IMG/VR virus record: IMGVR_UViG_3300037071_003200
Span: 1 to 64,000 of that record
DNA length: 64,000 nt
Reading direction: 5' to 3' (one strand)
Source of the DNA: a virus
Taxonomy: Duplodnaviria; Heunggongvirae; Uroviricota; Caudoviricetes
Shown: piece after piece, positions 49,358 through 58,839 of the stretch
How the letters are laid out: each line of letters opens with the position of its first letter
Numbering within the stretch: position 1 is the first letter of the stretch
Position numbers and translations under genes: made by a program
Notes under the pieces: generated by a model
What the model saw: only the letters and a program-made list of their open reading frames with translations
Told to the model about the DNA's origin: nothing
Databases searched by the model: none

Positions 49358-50481
49358 GCTACACGCTCCACGTCGTCTCCCTCCCGCACACGACGCTCAC
49401 CGAGAAAGACGCGCAGTGCGCGTACTCGATGAAGGTGCTCAAGTTCGTGCCGATGATGCAGGACCAGGGCTGCAAGGTCATCCTGTACGGGCCCGACCAG
49501 ATCGACTGCTCTCCCGACGAGCACGTCGTCGTCACGACCGAGGCTGATCGCCTGCGCTGGGGATACGGAGGGCCCACGGGCTACGACACCACGAAGGCGT
49601 TCGAGTGGGACGGCTCCCAGCCGTACTGGTTCGAGTCCTGTCAGCGAACGATCGACGCGATGCGCGAGCGCATGCCGAAGGATCGGCGCGGGCACTACAT
49701 CTGCCTCGCGACGTCCACGCAGGCGGCCATCCCGGATGCGGTCGCAGGGCCGAGCTGGAACGCGCCGATCACGCTCGAGTGGGGCGTCGGCTACATCGGG
49801 GTCGACATGCGCTCCTGGCATGCCTACGAGTCCTACGCCTGGATGCACCAGGTCTACGGTATCCGCAACATCGGCGACGGCCGCGCCTTCGACCAGGTGA
49901 TCCCGAACTTCTTCGACGTCTCGCAGTTCTCGGTCGCCAAGAACCCGAGCGCCGACTACGTCCTCTTCATCGGGCGCTGCATCATGCGCAAGGGGCCGCA
50001 CGTGGCCGCCGAGATCGCGAAGCGCATCGGTCTGCCGCTCGTGGTCGCCGGGCCGGGCGCTGTCGAGGCTGGCGGCGTCCTGCACACACAGGAGGGCGTG
50101 CCGATCACGGGCGAGGTCGACTACGTCGGATCCGTCGGGTTCGCCGAGCGCAACGAGCTCATGTCGAACGCCGCCGCGACGATCGTGCCCACGCTCTACA
50201 TCGAGCCCTTCGGTGGCGTCGCTGTCGAGGCGATGCTCGCCGGCAGTCCGGTGATCGCATCGGACTGGGGCTCGTTCACCGAGATCGTCACGCCAGACGT
50301 GGGCGCACGCTTCCGCACGCCGCTCCAGGGCGCCGCGGCCTTCGAGGAGGTTCAGAAGTTGAAGCGCCCGGCTATCCGCAAGGCAGCGAAGGCACGGTTC
50401 TCACAGGAGGCCGTCGGGCCGATGTTCATGCGCTGGTTCGACCAGCTGGACCTGCTCTGGGAGAAGGGATGGGATCAGTGA
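49354..50481 (+). CDS. GT-B fold glycosyltransferase (family 1/4-like)
   Basis: GTG at 49354 (GTGA). EPFGGVAVEAMLAGSPVIASD is the GT4 E-x7-E motif. 375 aa. Confidence 0.75.
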   Translation: MSYTLHVVSLPHTTLTEKDAQCAYSMKVLKFVPMMQDQGCKVILYGPDQIDCSPDEHVVVTTEADRLRWGYGGPTGYDTTKAFEWDGSQPYWFESCQRTIDAMRERMPKDRRGHYICLATSTQAAIPDAVAGPSWNAPITLEWGVGYIGVDMRSWHAYESYAWMHQVYGIRNIGDGRAFDQVIPNFFDVSQFSVAKNPSADYVLFIGRCIMRKGPHVAAEIAKRIGLPLVVAGPGAVEAGGVLHTQEGVPITGEVDYVGSVGFAERNELMSNAAATIVPTLYIEPFGGVAVEAMLAGSPVIASDWGSFTEIVTPDVGARFRTPLQGAAAFEEVQKLKRPAIRKAAKARFSQEAVGPMFMRWFDQLDLLWEKGWDQ

Positions 50482-50678
50482 CGGTCGCTCCAGTGAATAC
50501 GGCGGGCTCGCGCATCTGGACGTGCGATGACTGCGGCCAGAGGTTTACGTGGACGAGCGCGAGTTACTGGTTCGGGTCGTACAAGGATCTCGATGAAGGG
50601 AACTGGTCGACGGTTCAGGTCTACTGCGGCTGTCGCCCGATGCCAGAAGGCGAGAGAGTGCGCGAGGTGGAGATGTGA
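50478..50678 (+). CDS. Small Cys-containing protein
   Basis: GTGA overlap. CDDCG...CGC. 66 aa. Confidence 0.35.
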   Translation: MTVAPVNTAGSRIWTCDDCGQRFTWTSASYWFGSYKDLDEGNWSTVQVYCGCRPMPEGERVREVEM

Positions 50679-50791
50679 CCAAGGTGAAACTAAAAGTGGT
50701 GAGCATCAAGACCACAAAGGTCGATACGCGCAAGTGGCCTGACGACTTTCGCGGCTTCGGCACGAACGTCCGCCCGAAGAAGCAGAAGTGA
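50675..50791 (+). CDS. Small basic peptide (38 aa)
   Basis: GTGA overlaps on both sides. Confidence 0.2.
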   Translation: MTKVKLKVVSIKTTKVDTRKWPDDFRGFGTNVRPKKQK

Positions 50792-51369
50792 GCTTCGACG
50801 AAGCCGAGTGGTGGGCGGACTGCGCGAACACGCTCCACGAGGAGCAGAAGCAGCTCGTGTACGCGACGCGCATGGGCCTGATCGCGAACTGGTCATGCGC
50901 GCATCCACCTGAGTTCGACATCGAGGGACGCTCGGTGCTCGACATCGGCGGCGGCCCCGTCTCCCTCCTACTGAAGTGCGTGAACCGAGGGCGCTGCGTG
51001 GTAGTCGACCCGAGTGACTTCCCACTGTGGGTGTTCGAGCGCTACCGCCACTGCAAGATCGACTTCTGGCACGGGCCGGCGGAGGAGATCACCGACGAGA
51101 AGCTGCACTTCGACGAGGCCTGGATCTACAACGTGCTCCAGCACGTCGGCGACCCGGCCGAGGTGATCGAGAGAGCTCGCAAGCATGCGAGCACCGTCCG
51201 CGTCTTCGAGTGGATCGACATCGACCCGTACCCCGGTCACCCGCATCGTCTCGAGCGCGAGGGGCTCGACGAGTGGCTTGACGGTCACGGATTCGTCGCC
51301 CAGCTCAACGAACGTGGCTGCGTCGGGACGGCGTACTACGGCGTGTTTCAGGGTGCGCTGACCGACTAG
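50788..51369 (+). CDS. Class I SAM-dependent methyltransferase
   Basis: GTG start. Motif I VLDIGGGPVSLLL. 193 aa. Confidence 0.65.
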   Translation: MSFDEAEWWADCANTLHEEQKQLVYATRMGLIANWSCAHPPEFDIEGRSVLDIGGGPVSLLLKCVNRGRCVVVDPSDFPLWVFERYRHCKIDFWHGPAEEITDEKLHFDEAWIYNVLQHVGDPAEVIERARKHASTVRVFEWIDIDPYPGHPHRLEREGLDEWLDGHGFVAQLNERGCVGTAYYGVFQGALTD

Positions 51370-51389
51370 CGGCCTACAATCCCGCTCCG

Positions 51390-52469
51390 GTGGACGTTAC
51401 TGCCGGACTTCCCTTTGAGGCCGTCTTCGAGTCTGGTCTGACGGGGCTCGTCCCTGGAGTCGAAGTGGCGATCATCGACAACGTCGGAAACGTCGTTCTG
51501 GCAGCCTCCGGCGTCGGCATCACCGAGCAGGTAATCGACGGGAATCCCGACACGGGAATCTACGCGGTTGTCCTGACGGCACCAGCCAACGAGGGTCAGT
51601 ACACGCTCGTGTGGTCGACGGACGGCTCCTTCGATCAGGAGACCGTCACGGTTGAGAGCCTGGTGGTGCGCGAGCTCGGCACCGTCCTTCCCCCGATCGG
51701 CATCCCTGCTTCCGGTGTCTCTCTCGGGCCGTGCTCGATGTGGGCCGACATCAATGAGATCGGCACCTGTTGCCCCGTCGTCACGGAGGGCGTGGATCCG
51801 TTCGTCCTGATCGCCACGCTGACGTCCGCGATGACTGCCGCCTCAGAGGTGCTCTACCTCGCCTCCGGCAAGCAGTTCGCCGGGGCCTGTCAGCGCACTG
51901 TGTACCCCAGCCAGGGGGAATGCGTGTGCGGCATTCAGATCCTCTCTCGCGGGTACGTCATCCAGCAGGATGGTTTCTTCAACAACTGCTGCAGCGTGAA
52001 GCTCCCCGGAACGGTGCGCGAGGTCACCGAGGTGACAGTGGACGGCGATGTCGTCGATCCTGACGCCTACGAAGTTCGGGAGCGCCGCCACCTCGTGCGC
52101 ATCGACGGAAGCCACTGGCCTTGCTGCCAGCAGGAGTGCGCTCCGCGGTCGTTCGCAGTCACCTACGTCTACGGGAAGACGCCGCCCCAGATCGGGGCGA
52201 ACGCCGCGCTCGCCCTCGCCTGCGAGATCTACAAGTCATGCCCGATTTCTGGCTCTGCCGACTGCGCTCTCCCCACCGGTGTGACCCGCGTAACACGTCA
52301 GGGGATCACAATCGAGCGCACCTTCATGCAGCAGGACGCTCACGGCGTCTGGCGCACGGGGATCGCCGCTGTCGATCTCTTCCTGAACACGGTCAACCCG
52401 GCGGGAATCTCTCGCCGCGGGACCGTCTGGAGCCCGAGCTCTTCGGCGCGTTACGCGCGGGGCGCATGA
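51390..52469 (+). CDS. Cys-rich virion protein (possible major tail or connector component)
   Basis: GTG start. 359 aa with several CC/CxC pairs. The upstream 21 nt repeat the GCGGCCTACAATCC motif. Confidence 0.45.
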   Translation: MDVTAGLPFEAVFESGLTGLVPGVEVAIIDNVGNVVLAASGVGITEQVIDGNPDTGIYAVVLTAPANEGQYTLVWSTDGSFDQETVTVESLVVRELGTVLPPIGIPASGVSLGPCSMWADINEIGTCCPVVTEGVDPFVLIATLTSAMTAASEVLYLASGKQFAGACQRTVYPSQGECVCGIQILSRGYVIQQDGFFNNCCSVKLPGTVREVTEVTVDGDVVDPDAYEVRERRHLVRIDGSHWPCCQQECAPRSFAVTYVYGKTPPQIGANAALALACEIYKSCPISGSADCALPTGVTRVTRQGITIERTFMQQDAHGVWRTGIAAVDLFLNTVNPAGISRRGTVWSPSSSARYARGA

Positions 52470-52831
52470 GCTCCGTCGTCATCTACGAGCGCGCCCTGAA
52501 TCGGTTGCTCTATTCCCGGACCGGGACAGTCGGAAGGATCATCGACCAGAAGGCCGACGCAATCTTCAAGAACGCAGAGCTGAATATCCAGGAGACGTTC
52601 GAGTCGCGAACGGGAGATCTCGAAGGTGGCCTTCGGAAGATCCCGAAGGAGAGCCGGACTGGGTACCACGTTGTCGTCGGCTCGGGGGCTACGCACCGGG
52701 GTTTCCCGTATGCGAGGGCTCTTGAGACCGGGATCAACCCGCTCACGGGCGCCGCTATGAACTTCAAGGAAGACAAGGCCTTCATGGTCCCCGCTGTGAA
52801 GCGGGCTGGTTTCCGTCTGCGAAAGGCCTAG
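52466..52831 (+). CDS. HK97 gp10-like head-tail connector / tail component
   Basis: 121 aa. ...NAELNIQETFESRTGDLEGG...HVVVGSGATHRGFPYARALETG... resembles the HK97-gp10 family. Confidence 0.5.
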   Translation: MSSVVIYERALNRLLYSRTGTVGRIIDQKADAIFKNAELNIQETFESRTGDLEGGLRKIPKESRTGYHVVVGSGATHRGFPYARALETGINPLTGAAMNFKEDKAFMVPAVKRAGFRLRKA

Positions 52832-53380
52832 ATGGCTGACATCGGCGATCTCCAGCTTCTGTCTCAGGCGCTCCTCGATGCGTGCGCCGAGGCGCTGGAC
52901 ACCATCCCCGCCTGGGACGCTTCGCTTCTTGGAGCACCGGATCGGCAATTCGTCTCTGCGGGCCTGCCGGTCTGGGACTGCTGCGAGCAGCTCGTCGTCC
53001 ACGTCGTAGGCCTGCTCGAGGGCGACACGAGCCCTGGCGGACTGCCTTCTGGGAAGCGTGGCCTGTACGGCCGCATCAACCACGTCCTGCTGAACGCGAC
53101 TATCACTCGCTGCATCTCGACCGGCGTGGAGTCACCCGGCGGGGCCTACAGCGCGCCCTCCGTAGCGAACCTCTCGGCGGACGCTGTGCAGCACAACGCC
53201 GATGGCTGGGCGCTCTGGAATCACCTCTACAACCTGCAGTCGTCCGGGCTGTTTCTTAATCTCTGCGACGAAGTGTTCTTCGAGGGGATCACGTCTGCCA
53301 TTCCTGCAGGGGGTTGCGCGGGATGGGTCGTGGCCGTTCGCGCATACCTCGGCGGCTACAACGAGACCCTCACTACCTAG
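52832..53380 (+). CDS. Hypothetical tail protein (tail terminator or major tail candidate)
   Basis: 182 aa directly upstream of the chaperone genes. Confidence 0.45.
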   Translation: MADIGDLQLLSQALLDACAEALDTIPAWDASLLGAPDRQFVSAGLPVWDCCEQLVVHVVGLLEGDTSPGGLPSGKRGLYGRINHVLLNATITRCISTGVESPGGAYSAPSVANLSADAVQHNADGWALWNHLYNLQSSGLFLNLCDEVFFEGITSAIPAGGCAGWVVAVRAYLGGYNETLTT

Positions 53381-53391
53381 AAAGGAAGTGA

Positions 53392-53877
53392 ATGGCTAAG
53401 GACCAGGCACCAGAGAACTTCGATTCTCTCTACAACGGGAATCGTGCATTCATCCTCGGCGGCGTGACTTTCCACTGGGAGCCGTTGCACTGGCGCGAGT
53501 GGGGTGCAACAATCGACGCCCGCGCTGCCGAAGAGGTGGAGAAGGAGAAGAAGCTCCGCGCCGAGCTCGAGCGCCTGAAGGGTGTTGGGGTGCCGGATGA
53601 CGAGGCCGAGATCCAGGCCGACGAGATCATCAACGATGAGACTCTCATACAGACGTACGAGAGGCTCGTCGATCGCGCCGTGATCTACGTGCTCGACAGC
53701 GAAGAGGAGAGTTTCCGGGCGGTGGTCAACGACCCGGACAAGAAGGTCACGATCGCGCAGCTGAATGCACTTCTGGTCTGGCTTCAGGAGGTCCAGACCC
53801 CTGAGCGCCCTACGACACCGCAACCAACCTCTTCGTCTGGGGCTGGGAAAACAGGAGCTACCTCGCCGGCTGCATAA
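53392..53877 (+). CDS. Tail assembly chaperone (G-like)
   Basis: 161 aa, acidic, directly upstream of the second chaperone ORF and the tape measure gene. Confidence 0.55.
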   Translation: MAKDQAPENFDSLYNGNRAFILGGVTFHWEPLHWREWGATIDARAAEEVEKEKKLRAELERLKGVGVPDDEAEIQADEIINDETLIQTYERLVDRAVIYVLDSEEESFRAVVNDPDKKVTIAQLNALLVWLQEVQTPERPTTPQPTSSSGAGKTGATSPAA

Positions 53878-53903
53878 GCCTCCAGGGCGGAGATGCAGAG
53901 GCC

Positions 53904-54161
53904 ATGACGCTCAACCAGTTCCTCGATGCTGCCTACGCCCTGCTGGTCGATGAGTACCGGCGTCTCGGCTCGGGCCTGGTCGAGGCGCTTGATCGGACCC
54001 GCGAGTACGCCGCGGGGTATCGCATCGAACCGCTTACCGCCAGCGGTAACGAGGGGGCAGCCACGCCAGTCCGCAAGCAGCCTGATCTCACTCCCGAAGA
54101 GCTCGAGAACGAGAGGATGCTGGCCGCGTTCGAGTCGATGATGGGTGATGTGAAGTTCTGA
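53904..54161 (+). CDS. Second tail assembly chaperone ORF (T-like; may be expressed as a frameshift fusion)
   Basis: 85 aa in the -1 frame relative to the previous gene. That frame is open back to about 53760. Confidence 0.45.
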   Translation: MTLNQFLDAAYALLVDEYRRLGSGLVEALDRTREYAAGYRIEPLTASGNEGAATPVRKQPDLTPEELENERMLAAFESMMGDVKF

Positions 54162-57100
54162 TGTCCGAATTCGTCGCTGGCGCATTCGTCGATGTCAAGC
54201 CAGACGCCAAGGGCTTTCGTGATGACCTGAAGAAGAAGGTCAACGCCTCGATCAAGAGTGCGGGGACGTTCAAGGTCCCGATCGAGTTCGACGTCAAGTC
54301 CTTCAAGAAGAAGCTCCAGACCGAGGCACGAGGTGCGAAGGTCAGGATCCCGATCGAGGTCGGAGGCAACGTCGCTGATCTTCGGAAGGCTCTCAACGCC
54401 AAGATCAGGTCGGCCACGGAGGGGATCAAGATCAAGGTCCCTGTGGAATTCCAGCAGGCCGGTGCGGGGGCTCGTGGTGGACCCGGCAGCGGGACTCCGG
54501 GCGGGGGTGGCACGGGGCGGGCTGGTACATCCAACACGGCCAAGCAGACCGCGCTGGAGAAGGAGCGGGCCAAGGTCCAAAAGACCCTGATCGACCTCGA
54601 CACTCGCGCCTCGGTGACGCAGGACCTGCTCTCCTCCTCCACGGACAAGAACATCACGGTCGAGGAGAAGGCGCAGCGCTTGCGTGACGCTCGTGTGGCT
54701 GCCAGCGCCTCCGTGCGGCAAGCGACAACTCAGCTCGCTGCGTCCTCCGCCATTCTCACCGCTGAGCAGCGCAAGGGTCTGGAGACAGCGAAGGCCGAAG
54801 CAGTTGCCGCTCGTGCAACCGTAATTCAGAAGCAGAAGGACCTCGCCACTTCGGTCGCTCAGAGCAAGGCCGTCAGCACGGCCACGAAGGCCAGGGCAGA
54901 AGCCACGGTTGCGTTGCAGGTCGAGGTGAGGAGCCTCACCAGTCTTAACGCTCTGCACGCGATCGAGAATGATCTTCTCGCGACAGAGGCAGCTCTCAAG
55001 AGGGCCACCACCAGGGCCCGCGAGCTCGGCCTCACCGCCGAAGTCGCAGAGAACCAAGCCCTCTTGCGCAAGATCGAGCTGCAGAAGGCGGCGATCATCA
55101 CCCAGCGCAACGAGATCAAGGGTGAGGGCAAGCGCCTGACCCAGCAGAAGACTGGACTCCGCGGAGCCGCGGCCACCATCCTTTCCCTGCTAGGCCTTCG
55201 TGGCGCGACGCTGGCCGCCAGCGGCGCGTTCCTCGGTGGTGCGGTCGCAGCTGCGACGTTCACAAAAAGCCTCGCGGCGTTCGCGGGCTTCGAGCGCGAG
55301 CTCAACACCTTCCAGGCGATCACAGGAGCCTCGGCCGAGGAGATGGAGCACGCCTCCGATGTTGCAAAGCAGCTCGGCGAGGACATCCATCTGCCGTCTG
55401 TCAGCGCTGCTGATGCCGCGTCGGCAATGACCGAACTCGCCCGCGCCGGGCTTGACGTGACCAACTCGCTGAACGGTGCTCGCGGTGTGCTTGAGTTGGC
55501 GGCCGCCGCACAGATCGAGAACGCCGAGGCGGCGACTCTCGTGGCGAGCGGCCTGAACGCTTTCCAGCTCGAGGGAGAGGACGCCGTCCACGTCGCCGAC
55601 CTCCTGGCCAATGCGGCCAATGCTGCCCAGGGCTCGATCTCGGAGATGGGCGCCGCGTTGCAGCAGGCGGCCGCGATCGCCCACCAGGTGGGCATCTCAC
55701 TCGATGACACGGTGGGGATCCTCACGATCTTCGCTCAGCGCGGCCTGCGCGGATCGGACGCTGGTACGTCGTTCCGTACCGCGATGGCGCGGCTCATTGC
55801 CCCCACGAAGAAGGCGGGTGAAGTCATCGACCTGCTCGGCCTGCAGATCCGTGATGCCGAGGGCAACATCCGGCCCGAGGTCTTCGCCGACTTCGGTAAG
55901 GCCACCAAGGATCTCCCGCCAGCGCTGCGTGACATGGCCGCCGAGATCATCGCGGGCCAAGATTCCATCCGTGCCTTTGCGATCGGCGCCAGTGCGGGTG
56001 AGCGCGGCCTTGAGCGCGTCCGGCTCCAGATGCAGCAGGAGGGCGCTGCGTCTCGTGTCGCTTCTGCTCGCACCAAGGGACTGGCCGGGGCCTTTAATGC
56101 TCTCGGATCGAACGTCGAGACGCTGGGCATCACTCTCGGTGGTTTTGCGGCAGGGCCAGTACAGACCACTACGCAGTCCCTGACCGACATGGTCGGTGTA
56201 TTGAACAAGCTCCTGGCGGGTGACTTCAGTGGGTTTGCAGAGGGCCTGGAATCAGGATTCGACAGGTCGGTCGAGGGAGTCGACGCCAAGATCAAGGGCA
56301 TCGACTCACTCGTGAGGGGTATCGGCACGGGCAACTTCGACAAGATCAAGGAGGGCCTGTCAGGGATCTTCCAGGCCGTGCCGAAGGACCCAACGAAGGT
56401 CGAGCTCCTCCTGGAGGCTCTGGAGAAGTTCCAGACCCTGCGCCTGCAGGCATTCGACGTCGGGATCGACATCGGGCCGATCACGCAGCAGCTGAAGTTC
56501 CTCCAGGGTGAGCTGAAGAAGGCGAAGATCGACGCCGGTCTCCTGATCCCGGTCACTCCGCTCGAGAAAGCTCTGTTCCCGCTCAAGCAGGCCTTGGCCA
56601 CAGCGAAGGAGATCAGGGCTGAAGCTCTCAGGGCGACCGGTGGGAGGCCCACCGACGCGACCAGGGATCTCGACAGGATCATTTCTCAGGTCAACGCTCG
56701 CATCAAGGTCACGACCCAGGGCTTCAAGGCCAACGTCAAGGAAGCTCTCTCGGGCAAGGATCTCGCGAGGGGCTTCCATCAGACGTTCCAGCTGATCGCC
56801 GAGGAACCCAAGCTCGCCACTCCGGAGACGCTTGAGGGGATCGACAAGCTGATCCGCAAGATCGGGAAGGTCCCGGTTGGGAGCGCCCCAGCGTCGCTGG
56901 GTAAGAAGATCGTCAAGTCCCTGCAGCTCGCGATCAACGCGGCTGTCGACGCAGACGACCCCGAGCTCGCTGCCGCTCTTCAGGAGAAGGCTAAGAAGAT
57001 CGCAGCTCTCTTCGGAATCTCGCTCGCGGAGGCCTTCAAGAGCATCAAGGTCCCCTTGACGTCTGACGACGTTGCGGAGGCAGTGCTTCCCGAGCAAATT

Positions 57101-58375
57101 GCTGGGCTCCGTGCCGAGGCGTTCGGGACTGTCACTGAGCAGATCGCTGCGAAGGAAGCAGAGCTGGCGGGATTGACCGAGGGCCTCAAAGGTGTACGCA
57201 AGGGGACGCAGGACGAGGCGGACATCCTCCAAGACATCATCGGCGTCCAGGGCGAGATCAAGTCTCTCAAGGAGGACGCCGGCTCTGGCGCAGACGCGAT
57301 CCTTGACGCCATTTCCGGCAAGGAGCAGCGGCTCCTGAACCAGCGCTCGCTCGCGGAACTGACGGAGACGTTCGACGATGACCTCAAGGCCGAGCGTCAG
57401 CTGCGTGCTTTCTACGTCAAGCAGATCGAGATCATCCGCAACACCATCAAGGACAAGGAGAAGCGCAACGACGCTATCGCCGACATTAAGCAGAAGCTGT
57501 TCGAGCTCGACCTCGACATCGTCGGGACGATCAGCGACAAGGCCGACAAGATCTTCGACGATGCTGCAGAGGCAGCCGCGGAGACCGTCTCGCTCCAGGA
57601 CGATCTCAACGTCGCGAATCGCAAAGTCCGCTTCTGGGAGCGTCAGGTGAAGATCGTCGAGGGTCTCGTCAAGAAGCGGAAGGCCACCGTGGCCCAACTG
57701 CAGGCGGCCCAGGACAAGCTCGATCAGGCCGAGGAGGACGCGAAGCAGGCTCGCCGGGACAGGCGTCAGCAGCAGCGCGAGAACCGGCAGGAGCGCTTCG
57801 ACCTCCAGATCCAGATCGCGCAGTCGAACGGGAACATCAAGGCCGAGATCCGCTTCCGCGAGGCTCAGATCAAGAACACCCAGGCGCTCATTCGCCAGAC
57901 CCGCAAGGGCTCACTGCAGCGGCTGCGCTTGATCGCCCAGCTTCGCCAGGAGCAGTCGGAGCTGCGCGATCTCAAGAAGGAGAAGGAGGCAGCCAACGAC
58001 GCCCAGGCTGCGCTGTTCTTCGAGTTCCTGCAGCGTCAGCAGGGGTTCGCAGCCAACCTGCTCGGCAACCTCATCCCCGGATTCGCTGCCCGCGGGCTCG
58101 TGGGCACAACTTCCGCTCCCGGCTCCACCGCGGCGGGGGCAGGGGACTTCTTCGGAGGCCCGCCCAACGCAGCTGAGATCAATACGAAGGCCTCCTCGAA
58201 CGCTGCCATTGCTTCCTCGACGGAGCGCAACGTCCGCCCCGTCCAGGTGGACACCACGAACACCATCCTTCGCCAGATCCTCTCGGAGCTGCGCGGGCGT
58301 CGCACCAACCCCCCGGAGATCGGGCGTAACAAGGCTGAAATGAGCGCCTCCTTCGACACACTCGGTGGTGTGTAG
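54161..58375 (+). CDS. Tape measure protein
   Basis: 1404 aa, Ala/Leu/Gln/Glu-rich, with long predicted helices. ATGA overlap with the chaperone ORF. Confidence 0.85.
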   Translation: MSEFVAGAFVDVKPDAKGFRDDLKKKVNASIKSAGTFKVPIEFDVKSFKKKLQTEARGAKVRIPIEVGGNVADLRKALNAKIRSATEGIKIKVPVEFQQAGAGARGGPGSGTPGGGGTGRAGTSNTAKQTALEKERAKVQKTLIDLDTRASVTQDLLSSSTDKNITVEEKAQRLRDARVAASASVRQATTQLAASSAILTAEQRKGLETAKAEAVAARATVIQKQKDLATSVAQSKAVSTATKARAEATVALQVEVRSLTSLNALHAIENDLLATEAALKRATTRARELGLTAEVAENQALLRKIELQKAAIITQRNEIKGEGKRLTQQKTGLRGAAATILSLLGLRGATLAASGAFLGGAVAAATFTKSLAAFAGFERELNTFQAITGASAEEMEHASDVAKQLGEDIHLPSVSAADAASAMTELARAGLDVTNSLNGARGVLELAAAAQIENAEAATLVASGLNAFQLEGEDAVHVADLLANAANAAQGSISEMGAALQQAAAIAHQVGISLDDTVGILTIFAQRGLRGSDAGTSFRTAMARLIAPTKKAGEVIDLLGLQIRDAEGNIRPEVFADFGKATKDLPPALRDMAAEIIAGQDSIRAFAIGASAGERGLERVRLQMQQEGAASRVASARTKGLAGAFNALGSNVETLGITLGGFAAGPVQTTTQSLTDMVGVLNKLLAGDFSGFAEGLESGFDRSVEGVDAKIKGIDSLVRGIGTGNFDKIKEGLSGIFQAVPKDPTKVELLLEALEKFQTLRLQAFDVGIDIGPITQQLKFLQGELKKAKIDAGLLIPVTPLEKALFPLKQALATAKEIRAEALRATGGRPTDATRDLDRIISQVNARIKVTTQGFKANVKEALSGKDLARGFHQTFQLIAEEPKLATPETLEGIDKLIRKIGKVPVGSAPASLGKKIVKSLQLAINAAVDADDPELAAALQEKAKKIAALFGISLAEAFKSIKVPLTSDDVAEAVLPEQIAGLRAEAFGTVTEQIAAKEAELAGLTEGLKGVRKGTQDEADILQDIIGVQGEIKSLKEDAGSGADAILDAISGKEQRLLNQRSLAELTETFDDDLKAERQLRAFYVKQIEIIRNTIKDKEKRNDAIADIKQKLFELDLDIVGTISDKADKIFDDAAEAAAETVSLQDDLNVANRKVRFWERQVKIVEGLVKKRKATVAQLQAAQDKLDQAEEDAKQARRDRRQQQRENRQERFDLQIQIAQSNGNIKAEIRFREAQIKNTQALIRQTRKGSLQRLRLIAQLRQEQSELRDLKKEKEAANDAQAALFFEFLQRQQGFAANLLGNLIPGFAARGLVGTTSAPGSTAAGAGDFFGGPPNAAEINTKASSNAAIASSTERNVRPVQVDTTNTILRQILSELRGRRTNPPEIGRNKAEMSASFDTLGGV

Positions 58376-58839
58376 TGGCTGACGTCGGCGTCGTCTACAC
58401 GCTCACCACCCCGGGGACGGACATCACGTTCAACCAGTTCACCGACCCCCTCACCGGTCAGGACCAGTACTACATCACCACGATCCGCGGGCTCGAGTCC
58501 CCGGACATGCGCACCCCGGTTGACCCGGTACCGCTGGGGGATGGAGCGCTCATCCACGACTTCTACTACGGGGCCCGCCACATCGCGATCGAGGGCCTGA
58601 TCCTGGTGACGTCCACGATGGTGATGAACGACATCGTGGAGATCCGCAACGACATGACGGACGATCTCGTGAGCGCCCTGGGGGCGATTCTGAGGGCGGA
58701 CGGAACGCTTGCCTTCACCCCGCAGGGAGGCTCCCCAACGTCCTACACGGTGCGCTATGAGGTGGGGCTCGAGACGACGCACGGGGACAACTACACCTCG
58801 CTGCAATTCTCCTTCGGCCTGATCGCAGGTACCCCGTGA
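58375..58839 (+). CDS. Distal tail protein (Dit-like)
   Basis: 154 aa immediately after the tape measure gene (GTGTAGTGG overlap). Confidence 0.55.
   Translation: MADVGVVYTLTTPGTDITFNQFTDPLTGQDQYYITTIRGLESPDMRTPVDPVPLGDGALIHDFYYGARHIAIEGLILVTSTMVMNDIVEIRNDMTDDLVSALGAILRADGTLAFTPQGGSPTSYTVRYEVGLETTHGDNYTSLQFSFGLIAGTP

Noticed and set aside
53839-53854. GGGAAAA as a classical slippery heptamer
   Set aside because: The zero-frame codons are GGG-AAA-A rather than X-XXY-YYZ. It is kept only as a low-confidence frameshift candidate and is not annotated as a feature.
54859-57697. Several long minus-strand ORFs (54859..55725, 55735..56682, 56360..57697, 53933..55057)
   Set aside because: They are antisense to the tape measure gene. 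The + strand ORF of 1404 aa is continuous with the expected composition.
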